A DNA stretch of 64,000 nt from an uncultured virus (IMG/VR IMGVR_UViG_3300027413_000005) (IMGVR_UViG_3300027413_000005:1-64000); one strand, 5' to 3'; counted from the stretch's first letter, positions 8,084 through 18,526 are shown. Notes: generated by a model not told the origin, from the letters alone. A program made the numbers and translations.

Positions 8084-8533
8084 TTAGAAAGCAAAGAGTT
8101 CATCAGACTCCAACGGTGCTGCGTACTCAACAACTTTCACGTCCTTAGCTTTAATCTCAATCACATTCTCTTCACCATCTGGCATTTGGATTTGCGCAAC
8201 TGGCACAAACAACTGCTCCCCAGTTTCCTCGTCAAACATTTGCTCACCGTTAGCATCACGCTGAAAAGCTTTTGACTCAAAGATGTCAAAAGACATTAAG
8301 TTACCAATGTTAATCGACTTGTCACGCACACCTGCACTAACTTCCTTGGAACAAGTAACATTTGCTTCCAGTCCTTTTTCATTAACAAGAGTAACGTAAA
8401 CACGCTTAGTTCCTTTTAAGTTCTTCTTGATGAACTTAATAGAACCGTTAGGTCCGATTGTTTCTGCAACATTTCCAATTACTACTCTTTCTACTGTGGT
8501 ACGTGTACCAAACTTGATTAATTCACTACTCAT
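8084..8533 (-). CDS. First gene of the leftward arm; possible ssDNA-binding protein
   Basis: 149 aa, beta-rich, acidic tail ending in aromatic residues (ESDELFAF); function is inference only. Confidence 0.6.
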   Translation of the reverse strand: MSSELIKFGTRTTVERVVIGNVAETIGPNGSIKFIKKNLKGTKRVYVTLVNEKGLEANVTCSKEVSAGVRDKSINIGNLMSFDIFESKAFQRDANGEQMFDEETGEQLFVPVAQIQMPDGEENVIEIKAKDVKVVEYAAPLESDELFAF

Positions 8534-8680
8534 AATCTTAGGTATTTAAATTTTTCGCATGTTCTATCAAAGGGGGGATACCCCCACCACGCTTTTTTTA
8601 TGTGGGGTTTCAATAGGAAGGGGTCTCCTGTCGCACACATAAGGTGGGTGGGGCGTTTTTTAAAAAAAGTTTTTTGAAAA

Positions 8681-8713
8681 TTTGGTAGTTAACCAAAAAA
8701 TGTCATACCTTTG
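8681..8713 (+). promoter_or_regulatory. Bacteroidota sigma-A-type promoter, rightward
   Basis: TTTG (8681-8684) - 21 nt - TACCTTTG (8706-8713). Confidence 0.7.
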
Positions 8714-8810
8714 GTGGGTGGGTGGGTTATTAATAAACCTCTTATTTAGGTTCTTAGTAACTACTATATTATGAATGCTTATACATAATATAGCTTTTAT
8801 AGAAAGATAA

Positions 8811-8844
8811 TTAGGATAAGTCAATTATATTTTTTATATATTTG
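8811..8844 (+). promoter_or_regulatory. Second rightward promoter
   Basis: TATATTTG at 8837-8844, 30 nt before the ATG at 8875; weak -33 element (TTAG). Confidence 0.55.
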
Positions 8845-8874
8845 CATATAGTATAAAGACAATACAACTAAATA

Positions 8875-9315
8875 ATGGAAGCACATAAATCAAAAGTAGT
8901 ACAAAAGCTAGGAAAAGAGTATGATGACAAGTATAATCTTGCTCAAAAGTACTATGCATTACTATCAGCTTTAAACAATTTGAAACTTACAGAAAGAGAG
9001 TTACAACTTGTATCTTATACAGCAATCAAGGGTACAATTACTTATGCTAACGCACGTGCAGAGTTTTGTGAAATGTACAACACTACAACAGCCACTATAA
9101 ACAACATAGTGAGTAAGCTAAAAAGAATGGGCATATTTATAAAAAAAGATGGAAAGATTAAAGTAAACCCTGTAATAGTTTTAGACTTTGATAAAAACAT
9201 AACTCTACTGATAAAACTAAATCATGAAGAAGATAGACAAAACACGGACATCCTTGAGGCAACACATAATCAAGAAGATGGCAATAGGGATGGTGATCTC
9301 AGAGAAAGTAATTGA
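8875..9315 (+). CDS. Winged-HTH protein (RepL-like)
   Basis: LTERELQLV...TTTATINNIVSKLKRMGIFIK...KVNP; position upstream of terminase. Confidence 0.6.
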   Translation: MEAHKSKVVQKLGKEYDDKYNLAQKYYALLSALNNLKLTERELQLVSYTAIKGTITYANARAEFCEMYNTTTATINNIVSKLKRMGIFIKKDGKIKVNPVIVLDFDKNITLLIKLNHEEDRQNTDILEATHNQEDGNRDGDLRESN

Positions 9316-9583
9316 TAGAGTGATAACACATCAGTTCAATTCCGCTGAAGACGCCACTAGAGATAAGAACAGTATCGAAATATCAGGGTTTGGAAAATTT
9401 GTTTTTAATCTAGCAAAAGCAAATAAAAAAATCGAAAAGCTTGAGATTGTTAAAGAGTCGTATATACGAATGCTAGCCGAAAACACATTGCCAGAAAAGA
9501 AACTGGATGTGATCAAGAGTAAACTAAGTAATCTAAATTTAACATTAAGTTCTATAAAACCAAAAGTACAAGATGAAACTTAA
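9224..9583 (+). CDS. HU/IHF-like DNA-binding protein
   Basis: N-terminal helices followed by SIEISGFGKF, the HU 'V.I.GFG.F' motif. Confidence 0.7.
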   Translation: MKKIDKTRTSLRQHIIKKMAIGMVISEKVIDRVITHQFNSAEDATRDKNSIEISGFGKFVFNLAKANKKIEKLEIVKESYIRMLAENTLPEKKLDVIKSKLSNLNLTLSSIKPKVQDET

Positions 9584-9863
9584 CATATCACAAATTTACG
9601 AAGGGTGGAAAAACAATTTACTTCCTGCTTCAGACATGAAAGAAGAGATTGAAAGAATAAGTAAGGAAAGGTTAGATATATGTAAAAGTTGTCCTAATCA
9701 TTCTAGTAATCATAAAACAGTGAGGCCAGATGAACATTGTGTTAGTTGCGGATGTACTTTGTCAGCTAAAACAAAATGCTTATCTTGCGAATGTCCTATT
9801 TTTAAATGGGTAGCTGTATTATCAGATGAACAACAAGATGTAATAGAAGATAAAAAGCTATGA
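9573..9863 (+). CDS. Cys-rich Zn-binding protein
   Basis: RLDICKSCP...CVSCGCTLSAK...CPIFKW. Confidence 0.75.
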   Translation: MKLNISQIYEGWKNNLLPASDMKEEIERISKERLDICKSCPNHSSNHKTVRPDEHCVSCGCTLSAKTKCLSCECPIFKWVAVLSDEQQDVIEDKKL

Positions 9864-10135
9864 GTAAAAAAGACAAAATGACAATGCGTAAGGTTTCTCT
9901 CATATCATTAATAGATTTACTAAAACAAATCTATGATGAAGGAGCTGATTACATAGACATAGAAGGAGAGCAAACTGACGGTGAAGAAGATATGTTAAAG
10001 ATTACAGTTAGACCTGAATACTTTACAGAAATCGAAAGTAATGAAGATGATCCAGATTATGTTGTAACAGAAATGGATTATGAGGAAGAGATCAACCCTA
10101 TAAAAGAGGATGATGATATAAACGATTTAATATAA
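9860..10135 (+). CDS. Acidic hypothetical protein
   Basis: 91-aa ORF; ATGA overlap. Confidence 0.75.
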   Translation: MSKKDKMTMRKVSLISLIDLLKQIYDEGADYIDIEGEQTDGEEDMLKITVRPEYFTEIESNEDDPDYVVTEMDYEEEINPIKEDDDINDLI

Positions 10136-10139
10136 ACCA

Positions 10140-10397
10140 ATGTACATAAAGCAAATTATAGAAACCATAAACTTACTAAAGGTGAATCACCCTAAGATTA
10201 GTATAGGAAAACATATTGCTACAGCTCTTGATGGAGAAAATATATGGAGCTTAACAGATAAAGAATTTGCTTCATTACTTGATGATTATCAATCTCAATT
10301 AGATGCAGTGGAAGTGTTCGATGAAAACTTTGACGTAGATAAAATAATTGAAGATAGTATGGATTTGACTATAGATGGTCCAGATGAGCTGTACTAA
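10140..10397 (+). CDS. Hypothetical protein
   Basis: 85-aa ORF in operon. Confidence 0.75.
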   Translation: MYIKQIIETINLLKVNHPKISIGKHIATALDGENIWSLTDKEFASLLDDYQSQLDAVEVFDENFDVDKIIEDSMDLTIDGPDELY

Positions 10398-10450
10398 TAA
10401 CAATGATCTAGTCTTTATATATTGGGAAGACGGATGGAATCAAGAAGAAA

Positions 10451-10783
10451 ATGGCAGTAAAACAAACTACATACATAAATGCAGAATTAGACTGGGCTGA
10501 AGGACAATTAGTCCAATGGAAAGCTTATGTTGATGCAAACCCATTACCTACTCTTAAGGATAGAATAGAATTTAAACAAACCGCAAACGGTGGTAGCATT
10601 CCTATGGTTGTAGCTTCTATTGAAGCACAAGGTAAGTTTATTCAAGACACAATGAAAAACTATTTAGCCCTACTAGGTCAAGTTGATTCGTTACGTGAAA
10701 AAGAAGAAAAGAAAAAAGTAGAAACTAGAGGTGGAGCAACATTAGGTAGTATGGCTGAAGACTTTCTAAAACAAAGAGATTAA
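10451..10783 (+). CDS. Probable terminase small subunit
   Basis: 110-aa helical protein directly upstream of TerL; positional inference. Confidence 0.5.
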   Translation: MAVKQTTYINAELDWAEGQLVQWKAYVDANPLPTLKDRIEFKQTANGGSIPMVVASIEAQGKFIQDTMKNYLALLGQVDSLREKEEKKKVETRGGATLGSMAEDFLKQRD

Positions 10784-10785
10784 GT

Positions 10786-12807
10786 ATGAAACTTCATAAT
10801 ATTCAACATAGTGAATGGTTCATTAATCAAAAACGTATTCCAGATAAAGACTCAGTAGACCATAAAGCTTTCTTTGATCTTCAAAAAGAGCTATGTATGA
10901 ATGGGTGCATGATGAATGGGGTGTATATAAATCCATTTTTGTACTGGCACTTAAATGTTTGGCACACAGAAGTAGATACTATAGATGACTATGGTAGAAT
11001 TAATCAGAAGTATGCAAACCCATTACTTAGAGATAACGAATGGCTTGTAACTAATGAGATAGATAGAGCACATAAAGAAAAGAAAGGACTGGTAATACTA
11101 GGAATCAGACGTTTTGCAAAGTCTGTTATAGAAGCTAGTTACATTGGACATGGTGCAACCTTTGATGAGAATTCACAAAACATTATAGCAGGTTTGAATG
11201 CGCCTGATATAAAACTAATTACAGATAAGATAGATAAAGGATTAAACTTTCTTCCTAAAGAGTGGAGATGGCAGAGAGTAGAAGATAACTGGAAAAATCA
11301 AGTTACACTAGGTATAAAAACTAAAGGTGGAACAAGAATTCCATTCTCACAAATCCTTATACGTAACTTAGACGGAGGTAATAACGAAGAAGCTATTGCA
11401 GGTACAAAACCTAGAAGACTTATTATCGATGAGATAGGTAAGGGTAGTTTTCTACGTGGACTACAAGCTGCAATTCCAGGATTCACAACACCTTTTGGTT
11501 GGGGATGTTCACCTATATTAACAGGTACAGGTGGTGACATGAAAATGTTTATGGATGCAAAAAGTTTAATGTTTGACGTAGATAATTTTAATTTTCTTAC
11601 GTACAACAATGCAAAAGATGATAAGCGTATTCACGGTTTGTTCATCTCTAATAAGTATAGAATGGAAGCCAAGGAAGAATCTTCTCTTGGTAAGTTTTTA
11701 GAAAAAGAAAAAACTTCTCCACTACATGAGGTACCTATGATGGTATCGAATCAAGAGTTAGCTGACAAGGTGACTAATGATAACTTAGAAAGATTAAAAA
11801 AAGCTGGTGATAGAGTTGCCTTCTTAAAAGAAAAGATGTACTACCCTCAAGAGGTAGATGACATATTCTTAAATGAGGATACAAACATCTTTGACATAGA
11901 AGCTGCTAAGAGGCAGAAGTATAGAATTAATGAACAAGAAAGAACAGGAGTGCCGGTAATATTGTACGATGATGGAGAAGGTGTAAAGCATGATTTTACT
12001 GATAAGTTACCAATAACTAATTTTCCATTAAAACAAACAGATCTAAAGGATGCACCTGTTGTTATATATGAATTTCCTATAGAAAATCCTCCATATGGTT
12101 TATATGTTGCAGGTATTGACCCTTATAGACAAGGTAAATCAGCATATAGTACATCGTTAGGTTCTATATACATATATAAACGTATGCATGCCATAGCTGG
12201 TGAGAAGTACCAAGATATGTTTGTTGCAAGCTATTGTGCTCGTCCTGAAAAGAAAGAAACATGGGATGAACAAGCTAGGTTGCTAATTAAGTATTTTAAT
12301 GCAAGAGCCTTGTGTGAAAATGATGAAATATCTTTTATTGACTATATGATTAGTAAAGGAGATGCTCATTATTTAGAAAGACAACCGGAATGGTTAAAAG
12401 AAATAGTACCAAACACTACGGTTAGGCGTGATTATGGTATACATAGATCTTCAGAAAAAGTAAGGGACTTCCTGCACGGATGTCTTAAGAAATATACGGA
12501 AGATGTTATACATACTGAACTTGATGATGAAGGGGAAGTAATCTCATCAGTAAAAGGTATGTCTAAAATATTAGATCCTGTATTACTAGAAGAGATGATA
12601 CAATATAATGAGACTGGTAACTTTGATAGAATTATTGCAGCTGAGTTAGCAATAGGATTAGCAATGAAACTAGATCCAATGATAGGTAGGGTTGGGGCAA
12701 AGGAAGATGAGAGAATAACCTCACTTTACAAAACAAATAAAAAAAATATTCTTTTTACCGAGTCACGAGGGCTTTTTGGAAGGAAAAAAAATAAACTTTT
12801 TTCATAA
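10786..12807 (+). CDS. terL: Terminase large subunit
   Basis: Walker A variant GIRRFAKS, Walker B LIIDEIGK, TGTGG, nuclease AGIDPY and NFDRIIA. Confidence 0.93.
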   Translation: MKLHNIQHSEWFINQKRIPDKDSVDHKAFFDLQKELCMNGCMMNGVYINPFLYWHLNVWHTEVDTIDDYGRINQKYANPLLRDNEWLVTNEIDRAHKEKKGLVILGIRRFAKSVIEASYIGHGATFDENSQNIIAGLNAPDIKLITDKIDKGLNFLPKEWRWQRVEDNWKNQVTLGIKTKGGTRIPFSQILIRNLDGGNNEEAIAGTKPRRLIIDEIGKGSFLRGLQAAIPGFTTPFGWGCSPILTGTGGDMKMFMDAKSLMFDVDNFNFLTYNNAKDDKRIHGLFISNKYRMEAKEESSLGKFLEKEKTSPLHEVPMMVSNQELADKVTNDNLERLKKAGDRVAFLKEKMYYPQEVDDIFLNEDTNIFDIEAAKRQKYRINEQERTGVPVILYDDGEGVKHDFTDKLPITNFPLKQTDLKDAPVVIYEFPIENPPYGLYVAGIDPYRQGKSAYSTSLGSIYIYKRMHAIAGEKYQDMFVASYCARPEKKETWDEQARLLIKYFNARALCENDEISFIDYMISKGDAHYLERQPEWLKEIVPNTTVRRDYGIHRSSEKVRDFLHGCLKKYTEDVIHTELDDEGEVISSVKGMSKILDPVLLEEMIQYNETGNFDRIIAAELAIGLAMKLDPMIGRVGAKEDERITSLYKTNKKNILFTESRGLFGRKKNKLFS

Positions 12808-15383
12808 TGGCAATTATAAGATATACAAAAGATGCATCTATAAGGTATGCGTACCTTAACATCTTTCCTGATCAGTTTAAAACTGAAAAACAAAAAAAAG
12901 ATGATAGTTGGGTTAAAAACACTATGGATTACTTTGCAAATCAATCATATGCAATGTATGTTAGAAATAGAGACACCTTTGTAAAGAACTATGATTTAAT
13001 GAAAGGTGTTCTCCGTAGAGAAGACTTTTATCAAGAACCAGAAGTAAGAAGTTTCACTGATCAACTTACTACAGATATAGATTTACCAGCATACGTTAAA
13101 ATGTATTCTATAGTAACTACACCTGTTAACGAATTAGTCGGAGAGATATCTAAACGTCCAGACTCATTTAGAGTTAAGGCTTTTGATGATGATAGTCAAG
13201 CAGAAGAGTTACAATTTAAAACAGACACATTACAGAAATATGTAATAACTAAAGTAAAAGAACAAGTAGTGGCAAAAGCTGCTATGGCTGGTGAAGAAAT
13301 ATCAGAAGAAGATATTGAAAAGATAACCTTTGAACAAGTTAAGGATCAATTAGATAGTTATACATCTGTTGCAGAAAAATGGGCTAATCATGTATTAACT
13401 GCTCAAAAAGCAGATTTTAACATTAAAGAAAAGTCAGAAGAAGCATTTAGAGATCTCCTTATATCTGCAAGACAGTTCTATCATATCTATGAAGACAATT
13501 CTAGATTAGGATATAACATTGAGGTTTGTAACCCTAAGAACACTTGGTTCTTAACTACTCCTGATAAGAAATATATATCTGACCCTACAGGAAGAAAACA
13601 GGGAGCTTATGCTGCTGGTACTGTACAAGTTATGGAACTTTCAGAAATAATTGAAGCTATTCCAGAATTAACAAAAGAAGAAATAGATCACTTAAGAACT
13701 TCACTACAGGATTACGGATTAATAAATGCTAGAGAATCTAATTTAGATAATCCTGGTGTAACTCCAGGTAATGATTCTATTACATACGACACGTATGATC
13801 CATTGGTTTTACAAACACGTATGATTATTGAATCAGAAATGAAAGAGAACGATGATGGTTTAAGAGACTTTCTTGGATTAACGAACAATGTATCTTCTTT
13901 TGGATATAAGTATGTTGTAATAAGGTCTTATTGGGTTTCTAAAAAGAAGATAGGTAAGTTAATATATATAGATGAGTTAGGTAACGAACAGTCTGTGCTA
14001 GTAGATGAAGACTATAAGTCAGGAACAATGCCTACACAACAGTCATTAGAGTGGGGTTGGATTAATCAATGGTATCAAGGAATTAAAATTGGTCCAGACA
14101 TCTATCATGTTAGACCTTATAAGCTTTTAGATTACTGCCCAATCATTGGTACAGTTTATGAGCAAAAGAACACAGAGGCAAAATCATTAGTAGATTTAAT
14201 GAAACCTTTCCAAACTATATATAATGTTTGTATGAATCAATTATACAAATTATTAGAGAAGGAAGTTGGTAAGGTACAATTAATGTCACTAAGACATATC
14301 CCAGTTCCTAAAGACGGAGATGCACAAGATGCTATTGACATCTGGGAAATGGAAGCACGTAATAGAGGAGTGGTATTTGTAGATGATAGTCCAGAGAATT
14401 TAAAAGCTCCAAGTTCATTTAATCAATTTAGTTCATTAGATCTTACACGTACACAGGAAATACAATCACGATATACCTTAGCTCAGCAAATGAAGATTGA
14501 ATGTTGGGAACTTATAGGTATGTCTAAACAGCGTATGGGTACTGTAGCTGCATCAGAAACAGCCACAGGTACAAATACAGCAATGCAACAAAGCTACTCT
14601 CAAACAGAGCCTCTATTTGTTGCACATGAATATGTTCAAGGGCAGTTATATCAAGCAATTGTAGATGCTGCTTTATATACTGAAAGCCATAAACCACAAT
14701 CTACATTATCATATATAACTAATGAAGGAGAATCTGCATTTGTACAAGTAAATGGAAGTGACCTATCGTTACGTGACCTTCAGGTATTTTTAACTAATAG
14801 ACCAGAAGACACTCAAATGTTTAATGAACTTAGACAATTGTCTCAAGCTATTATACAAAATGGTGGTACATTATATGATGTAATTGAATTATATAGTACT
14901 AAATCAATGAGAGAAATGAAAAAGACTTTCAAAGATCTTAGAGATAAACAAGAACAGCAACAACAAAAACAGATTCAACTTCAAGAACAACAACAGCAAG
15001 CTCAGCAGCAACAAGCTCAAGCAGCCCTAGAACAAGCTGAAAGAATGAAGATGGAAGAACAAGTTAACGAAGATAGACAGAATGATCTGGACAGAGTTAA
15101 TAAAAAAGAAGTTGCTCTTATTAATGCTATGGCTAAAGGAACAGAAGTTGGGGCAGATATGGATAATTCAGGTGCCCCTGATATTGTAGAACTTTCTAAA
15201 TTAGAAGCTGAGACTAATAAAGCTAATAAAGAATATAAAGGAAAGATGGCAGAAATTGATAATAGAAATTCTTTAGCACAACAAAAGTTACAATTGGAAA
15301 GAGATAAAATAAAATTAGCTCGTGAAAATCAGGCTAATGATCTAGCTGTAGCAAAACAAAACGCAAAAGGTCGAAATAAATAA
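12807..15383 (+). CDS. Portal protein (crAss-like)
   Basis: 858 aa, coupled to TerL; WINQWYQGIKIG and SLVDLMKPFQ..YN motifs; Gln-rich C-terminal coiled coil. Confidence 0.88.
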   Translation: MAIIRYTKDASIRYAYLNIFPDQFKTEKQKKDDSWVKNTMDYFANQSYAMYVRNRDTFVKNYDLMKGVLRREDFYQEPEVRSFTDQLTTDIDLPAYVKMYSIVTTPVNELVGEISKRPDSFRVKAFDDDSQAEELQFKTDTLQKYVITKVKEQVVAKAAMAGEEISEEDIEKITFEQVKDQLDSYTSVAEKWANHVLTAQKADFNIKEKSEEAFRDLLISARQFYHIYEDNSRLGYNIEVCNPKNTWFLTTPDKKYISDPTGRKQGAYAAGTVQVMELSEIIEAIPELTKEEIDHLRTSLQDYGLINARESNLDNPGVTPGNDSITYDTYDPLVLQTRMIIESEMKENDDGLRDFLGLTNNVSSFGYKYVVIRSYWVSKKKIGKLIYIDELGNEQSVLVDEDYKSGTMPTQQSLEWGWINQWYQGIKIGPDIYHVRPYKLLDYCPIIGTVYEQKNTEAKSLVDLMKPFQTIYNVCMNQLYKLLEKEVGKVQLMSLRHIPVPKDGDAQDAIDIWEMEARNRGVVFVDDSPENLKAPSSFNQFSSLDLTRTQEIQSRYTLAQQMKIECWELIGMSKQRMGTVAASETATGTNTAMQQSYSQTEPLFVAHEYVQGQLYQAIVDAALYTESHKPQSTLSYITNEGESAFVQVNGSDLSLRDLQVFLTNRPEDTQMFNELRQLSQAIIQNGGTLYDVIELYSTKSMREMKKTFKDLRDKQEQQQQKQIQLQEQQQQAQQQQAQAALEQAERMKMEEQVNEDRQNDLDRVNKKEVALINAMAKGTEVGADMDNSGAPDIVELSKLEAETNKANKEYKGKMAEIDNRNSLAQQKLQLERDKIKLARENQANDLAVAKQNAKGRNK

Positions 15384-15464
15384 GTAAATAATTACATTCA
15401 TTATAGCACGAAAATAGTTAATGCTATATTATCTCGAATATTTATAAAAATACATAAATAAAGT

Positions 15465-15495
15465 TTTGTAAATCAATATGACTGAATTAACTTTA
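15465..15495 (+). promoter_or_regulatory. Promoter of the capsid operon
   Basis: TTTG (15465-15468) - 19 nt - TAACTTTA (15488-15495). Confidence 0.6.
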
Positions 15496-15543
15496 CAGTC
15501 ATACAAGTAAAAAACCAAGTTTTAATAAAAAAAATAACTACAT

Positions 15544-16818
15544 ATGTCTGATAATTTACAGCCACAAGGTAACTTTGGCATCCAAGATACCGTAAATATG
15601 GGATCTGGAGATGCACAATTGCTAAATGATTTAATGGCTCCAGAAACTGCAAGTGGCAGTCCTGAGACCGTTGAACCAATAATAAAAGAAACTGAAGATG
15701 TTATACCAGCTACACAGGCACCGAAAGGTAAGGATATTATTCCTCCTAAAAGTGTAGATGGAAAAACAGATGAAGAAAAGCAAACAGGGGAATCTCTTAT
15801 TTCTGATTTTTTAAGTAATGATCCTGATGCAATTGAGGAAGAAGAAGTTGAAATTGATATACCTGAAGTCGAAGAACCTAAAGATGTTCTTGATGAAGTG
15901 GTAAACGATGAAGAAGCTGAAGTTGGTTCTGCAAACTTTGAAGCACTATCAAAAGATCTATTTGATCTAGGGGTGTTTAATAAAGAAGAAGGAGAAGAAG
16001 TAAGCATTGAAACTCCTGAAGATTTTTTAGCTCGATTTGAATCTGAAAAGAAAAAAGGAGCACAAAGTTTAGTCCAAGACTTTATAGGTCAATTTGGAGA
16101 AGATTATCAAAATGCATTTGAGTCCATCTTTGTAAAAGGTGTAGATCCAAAAGAATACTTTGGAGCATATAACCAGATAGTAAATTTCTCTGAAATGGAT
16201 CTATCCAAAGAAAACAATCAAAAGCAAGTAATGCGTGAAGCACTTCTTGCACAAGGATTTGAAAAAGAAGACATAGGTAAAGAAATAGAGAGATTAGAAA
16301 ATTACGGTGATCTCGAAACAGTATCTACTAGACATCATAAGGTGCTAGTAAAAAAGGAAGCTGCAAAGCTTGCGAAACTAGAAGCAAAGTCACAACAAGA
16401 GTTACAAGCAAAATCTGATATTAAAAATCAGTATGTAACAAATGTACAGGCTATACTTTCTGATAAAGTGAAAAATAAAGAGTTTGATGGTATACCTATT
16501 AACTCTAATTTAGCTAACGAACTACAAGACTTCTTAATAACAGATAAGTGGAAAACACCTACTGGAGAAACACTGACTGACTTTGATCGTTCTATTTTAG
16601 ATTTGAAAAGACCTGAGAACCATGAACAAAAAGTCAAAGTAGGTTTACTCCTTAAGATGTTAGAAAAAGATCCAACCTTATCAAGTATACAAAAAGCAGG
16701 CGTGACTAAAAAGTCAAACAAGCTATTTGGAGAAGTTGCGAGACAAGTTACTAAATCAAAAACAGTTGCTTCAACTAAAACAACGAGTAAACAGAAACCA
16801 AATTCATGGTTCATATAA
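15544..16818 (+). CDS. Putative scaffolding protein
   Basis: Acidic disordered N-half and helical C-half; lies between portal and MCP. Confidence 0.65.
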   Translation: MSDNLQPQGNFGIQDTVNMGSGDAQLLNDLMAPETASGSPETVEPIIKETEDVIPATQAPKGKDIIPPKSVDGKTDEEKQTGESLISDFLSNDPDAIEEEEVEIDIPEVEEPKDVLDEVVNDEEAEVGSANFEALSKDLFDLGVFNKEEGEEVSIETPEDFLARFESEKKKGAQSLVQDFIGQFGEDYQNAFESIFVKGVDPKEYFGAYNQIVNFSEMDLSKENNQKQVMREALLAQGFEKEDIGKEIERLENYGDLETVSTRHHKVLVKKEAAKLAKLEAKSQQELQAKSDIKNQYVTNVQAILSDKVKNKEFDGIPINSNLANELQDFLITDKWKTPTGETLTDFDRSILDLKRPENHEQKVKVGLLLKMLEKDPTLSSIQKAGVTKKSNKLFGEVARQVTKSKTVASTKTTSKQKPNSWFI

Positions 16819-16847
16819 TAATTATTAATTAATAAAAAACGAATAAA

Positions 16848-18413
16848 ATGGCAATTCAAACAATCCCAGGTTTAACTGGTTTTACTTATGCACGAGTAGC
16901 GTCTATGGATGCACGTGCTGTAGGTAAACTTACAGATTCAAACCACTTAGAGTCTTTTCACTCTACTGAGCCTGCAGATTATGATAAAAAGATTATCAGT
17001 CTGTATACTCAATCTTCATTGTATAGCAATGATTTCCTAGACATGATCAATAAGAGTACACCTTACTATATTGATACAAACAGTGATTCATGGAAATGGA
17101 ACATTGCAGTACCTTACAAATTCCCAAAAATTATTGACATTCCTAAATCTACGCAAGATACTATTGCTGCTACAGGTAAAGTAGGAATCGATGGACAAGA
17201 GTTCGAATTAATATTGAGTTCTAACGAATTCTCTAAGAATGCGATTATTTCTGTTGGTACACGTCAGTACGGACCACGTTTTTACGTGATCAAAGATCCA
17301 CAACCATGGAACATGGGATGGATATATAAATTTACACTTGTTAGTGATAACCCAACAGTAGATTTCGTTAATACTACATTTTTAACACAAGGTGTTGAAT
17401 TAGAATTAGTAGATGCTGCAATTGGAGAATTCGATCAAGATTTATTAGGTCTTCCAAGATTAGGTGAAGAGATCACTATGTTTGAATCATTAGGTTCTGC
17501 ATATGGATATGAGCACAAAATTACGGAATGGGCTGATGATAAAATGTTAAGAGACTCTTCTGGGAAACCATTAGATATTTTAGTATATGCACCACAACGA
17601 CGTAATCAACTTCCTTTAAGAAGAGAAGATGTTAAGTGGGAGCCGTTCATTGAATTCTGGATGCGTAAATCTATGTTAGAATTAAAAGTTAAACGTATGA
17701 TCTGGGCTTCTCCAGGTACAGTTAAGACTAATGGTTCTAAGCAAGAAGTAAAAAGAACTTCTGCTGGTGTATACCACAGAATGAGAAATAACGGAAACTT
17801 AGTACAATACAATAGAGGTGAATTCTCTGCAAACTTGATTCGTTCAGTATTTGGAGATTTATTCTACAGAAGAGTGGATGTTAAAGACCGTAGAGTTAAG
17901 ATGTATACTAATGAGGCTGGATTCGATGTATTCCAACAAGCTCTTAAGAATGATGCACTTAATTCTGGACTTACTTTCATGGCAGATTCTGGAAACAGAT
18001 ATATGCAAGGTGAAGGACAGAATATCACTTATAACTTTGCATTTGACGCAATGGTTACAAGAGAAACAGGTCGTGTTGAATTGATTCACTTAAAAGAACT
18101 TGATTTACCACAAACTAATTTAGAATTTGGACAAAACATGAAATCTACTCCAGTATTTATGGTGTTTGATGTTTCTCCACTATCTGATGGTGCAATGGTA
18201 AACAATATCCGTGAAGTTCGTATGAAGGGTGCACCTTCTATGACATGGGGTTATATTGATGGTACTCGTTCCCACTTAGGCTTTGCAAAGTCTCAAGGAA
18301 TGCAGTCTGCTAACAAATTCCCAGGTTATGAATTATGGATGAAAGATCGATGTGATGTATTCATTGAAGATTTATCAAGAACTGTACTTATAGAAGAAAT
18401 TCCACAGTTCTAG
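16848..18413 (+). CDS. Major capsid protein
   Basis: 521 aa in the TerL-portal-X-MCP order of crAss-like phages; codons typical of high expression; structured RNA downstream. Confidence 0.85.
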   Translation: MAIQTIPGLTGFTYARVASMDARAVGKLTDSNHLESFHSTEPADYDKKIISLYTQSSLYSNDFLDMINKSTPYYIDTNSDSWKWNIAVPYKFPKIIDIPKSTQDTIAATGKVGIDGQEFELILSSNEFSKNAIISVGTRQYGPRFYVIKDPQPWNMGWIYKFTLVSDNPTVDFVNTTFLTQGVELELVDAAIGEFDQDLLGLPRLGEEITMFESLGSAYGYEHKITEWADDKMLRDSSGKPLDILVYAPQRRNQLPLRREDVKWEPFIEFWMRKSMLELKVKRMIWASPGTVKTNGSKQEVKRTSAGVYHRMRNNGNLVQYNRGEFSANLIRSVFGDLFYRRVDVKDRRVKMYTNEAGFDVFQQALKNDALNSGLTFMADSGNRYMQGEGQNITYNFAFDAMVTRETGRVELIHLKELDLPQTNLEFGQNMKSTPVFMVFDVSPLSDGAMVNNIREVRMKGAPSMTWGYIDGTRSHLGFAKSQGMQSANKFPGYELWMKDRCDVFIEDLSRTVLIEEIPQF

Positions 18414-18424
18414 TAACAATATCC

Positions 18425-18526
18425 GAGAAGTATCCCCTCACCCACACTGTCCCTCCTCAGAGGGGATAACTTTCTCAACAACCAGAGTGCTGAATTAACT
18501 TTCTACCTATTGAATTAGAGCACTCT
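18425..18526 (+). other. Two-hairpin structured intergenic RNA element after the MCP gene
   Basis: TATCCCCTC/GAGGGGATA stem extended by GAGAA/TTCTC; AGAGTGCT/AGCACTCT stem. Confidence 0.6.

Noticed and set aside
14940..15040. Poly-Gln stretch in the portal gene as a contingency repeat
   Set aside because: Mixed CAA/CAG codons within a C-terminal coiled coil, an ordinary feature of portal barrels
1330..18413. Introns or inteins in polB, terL, portal or MCP
   Set aside because: Uninterrupted ORFs of ordinary size; no intein splice or homing-endonuclease motifs noticed
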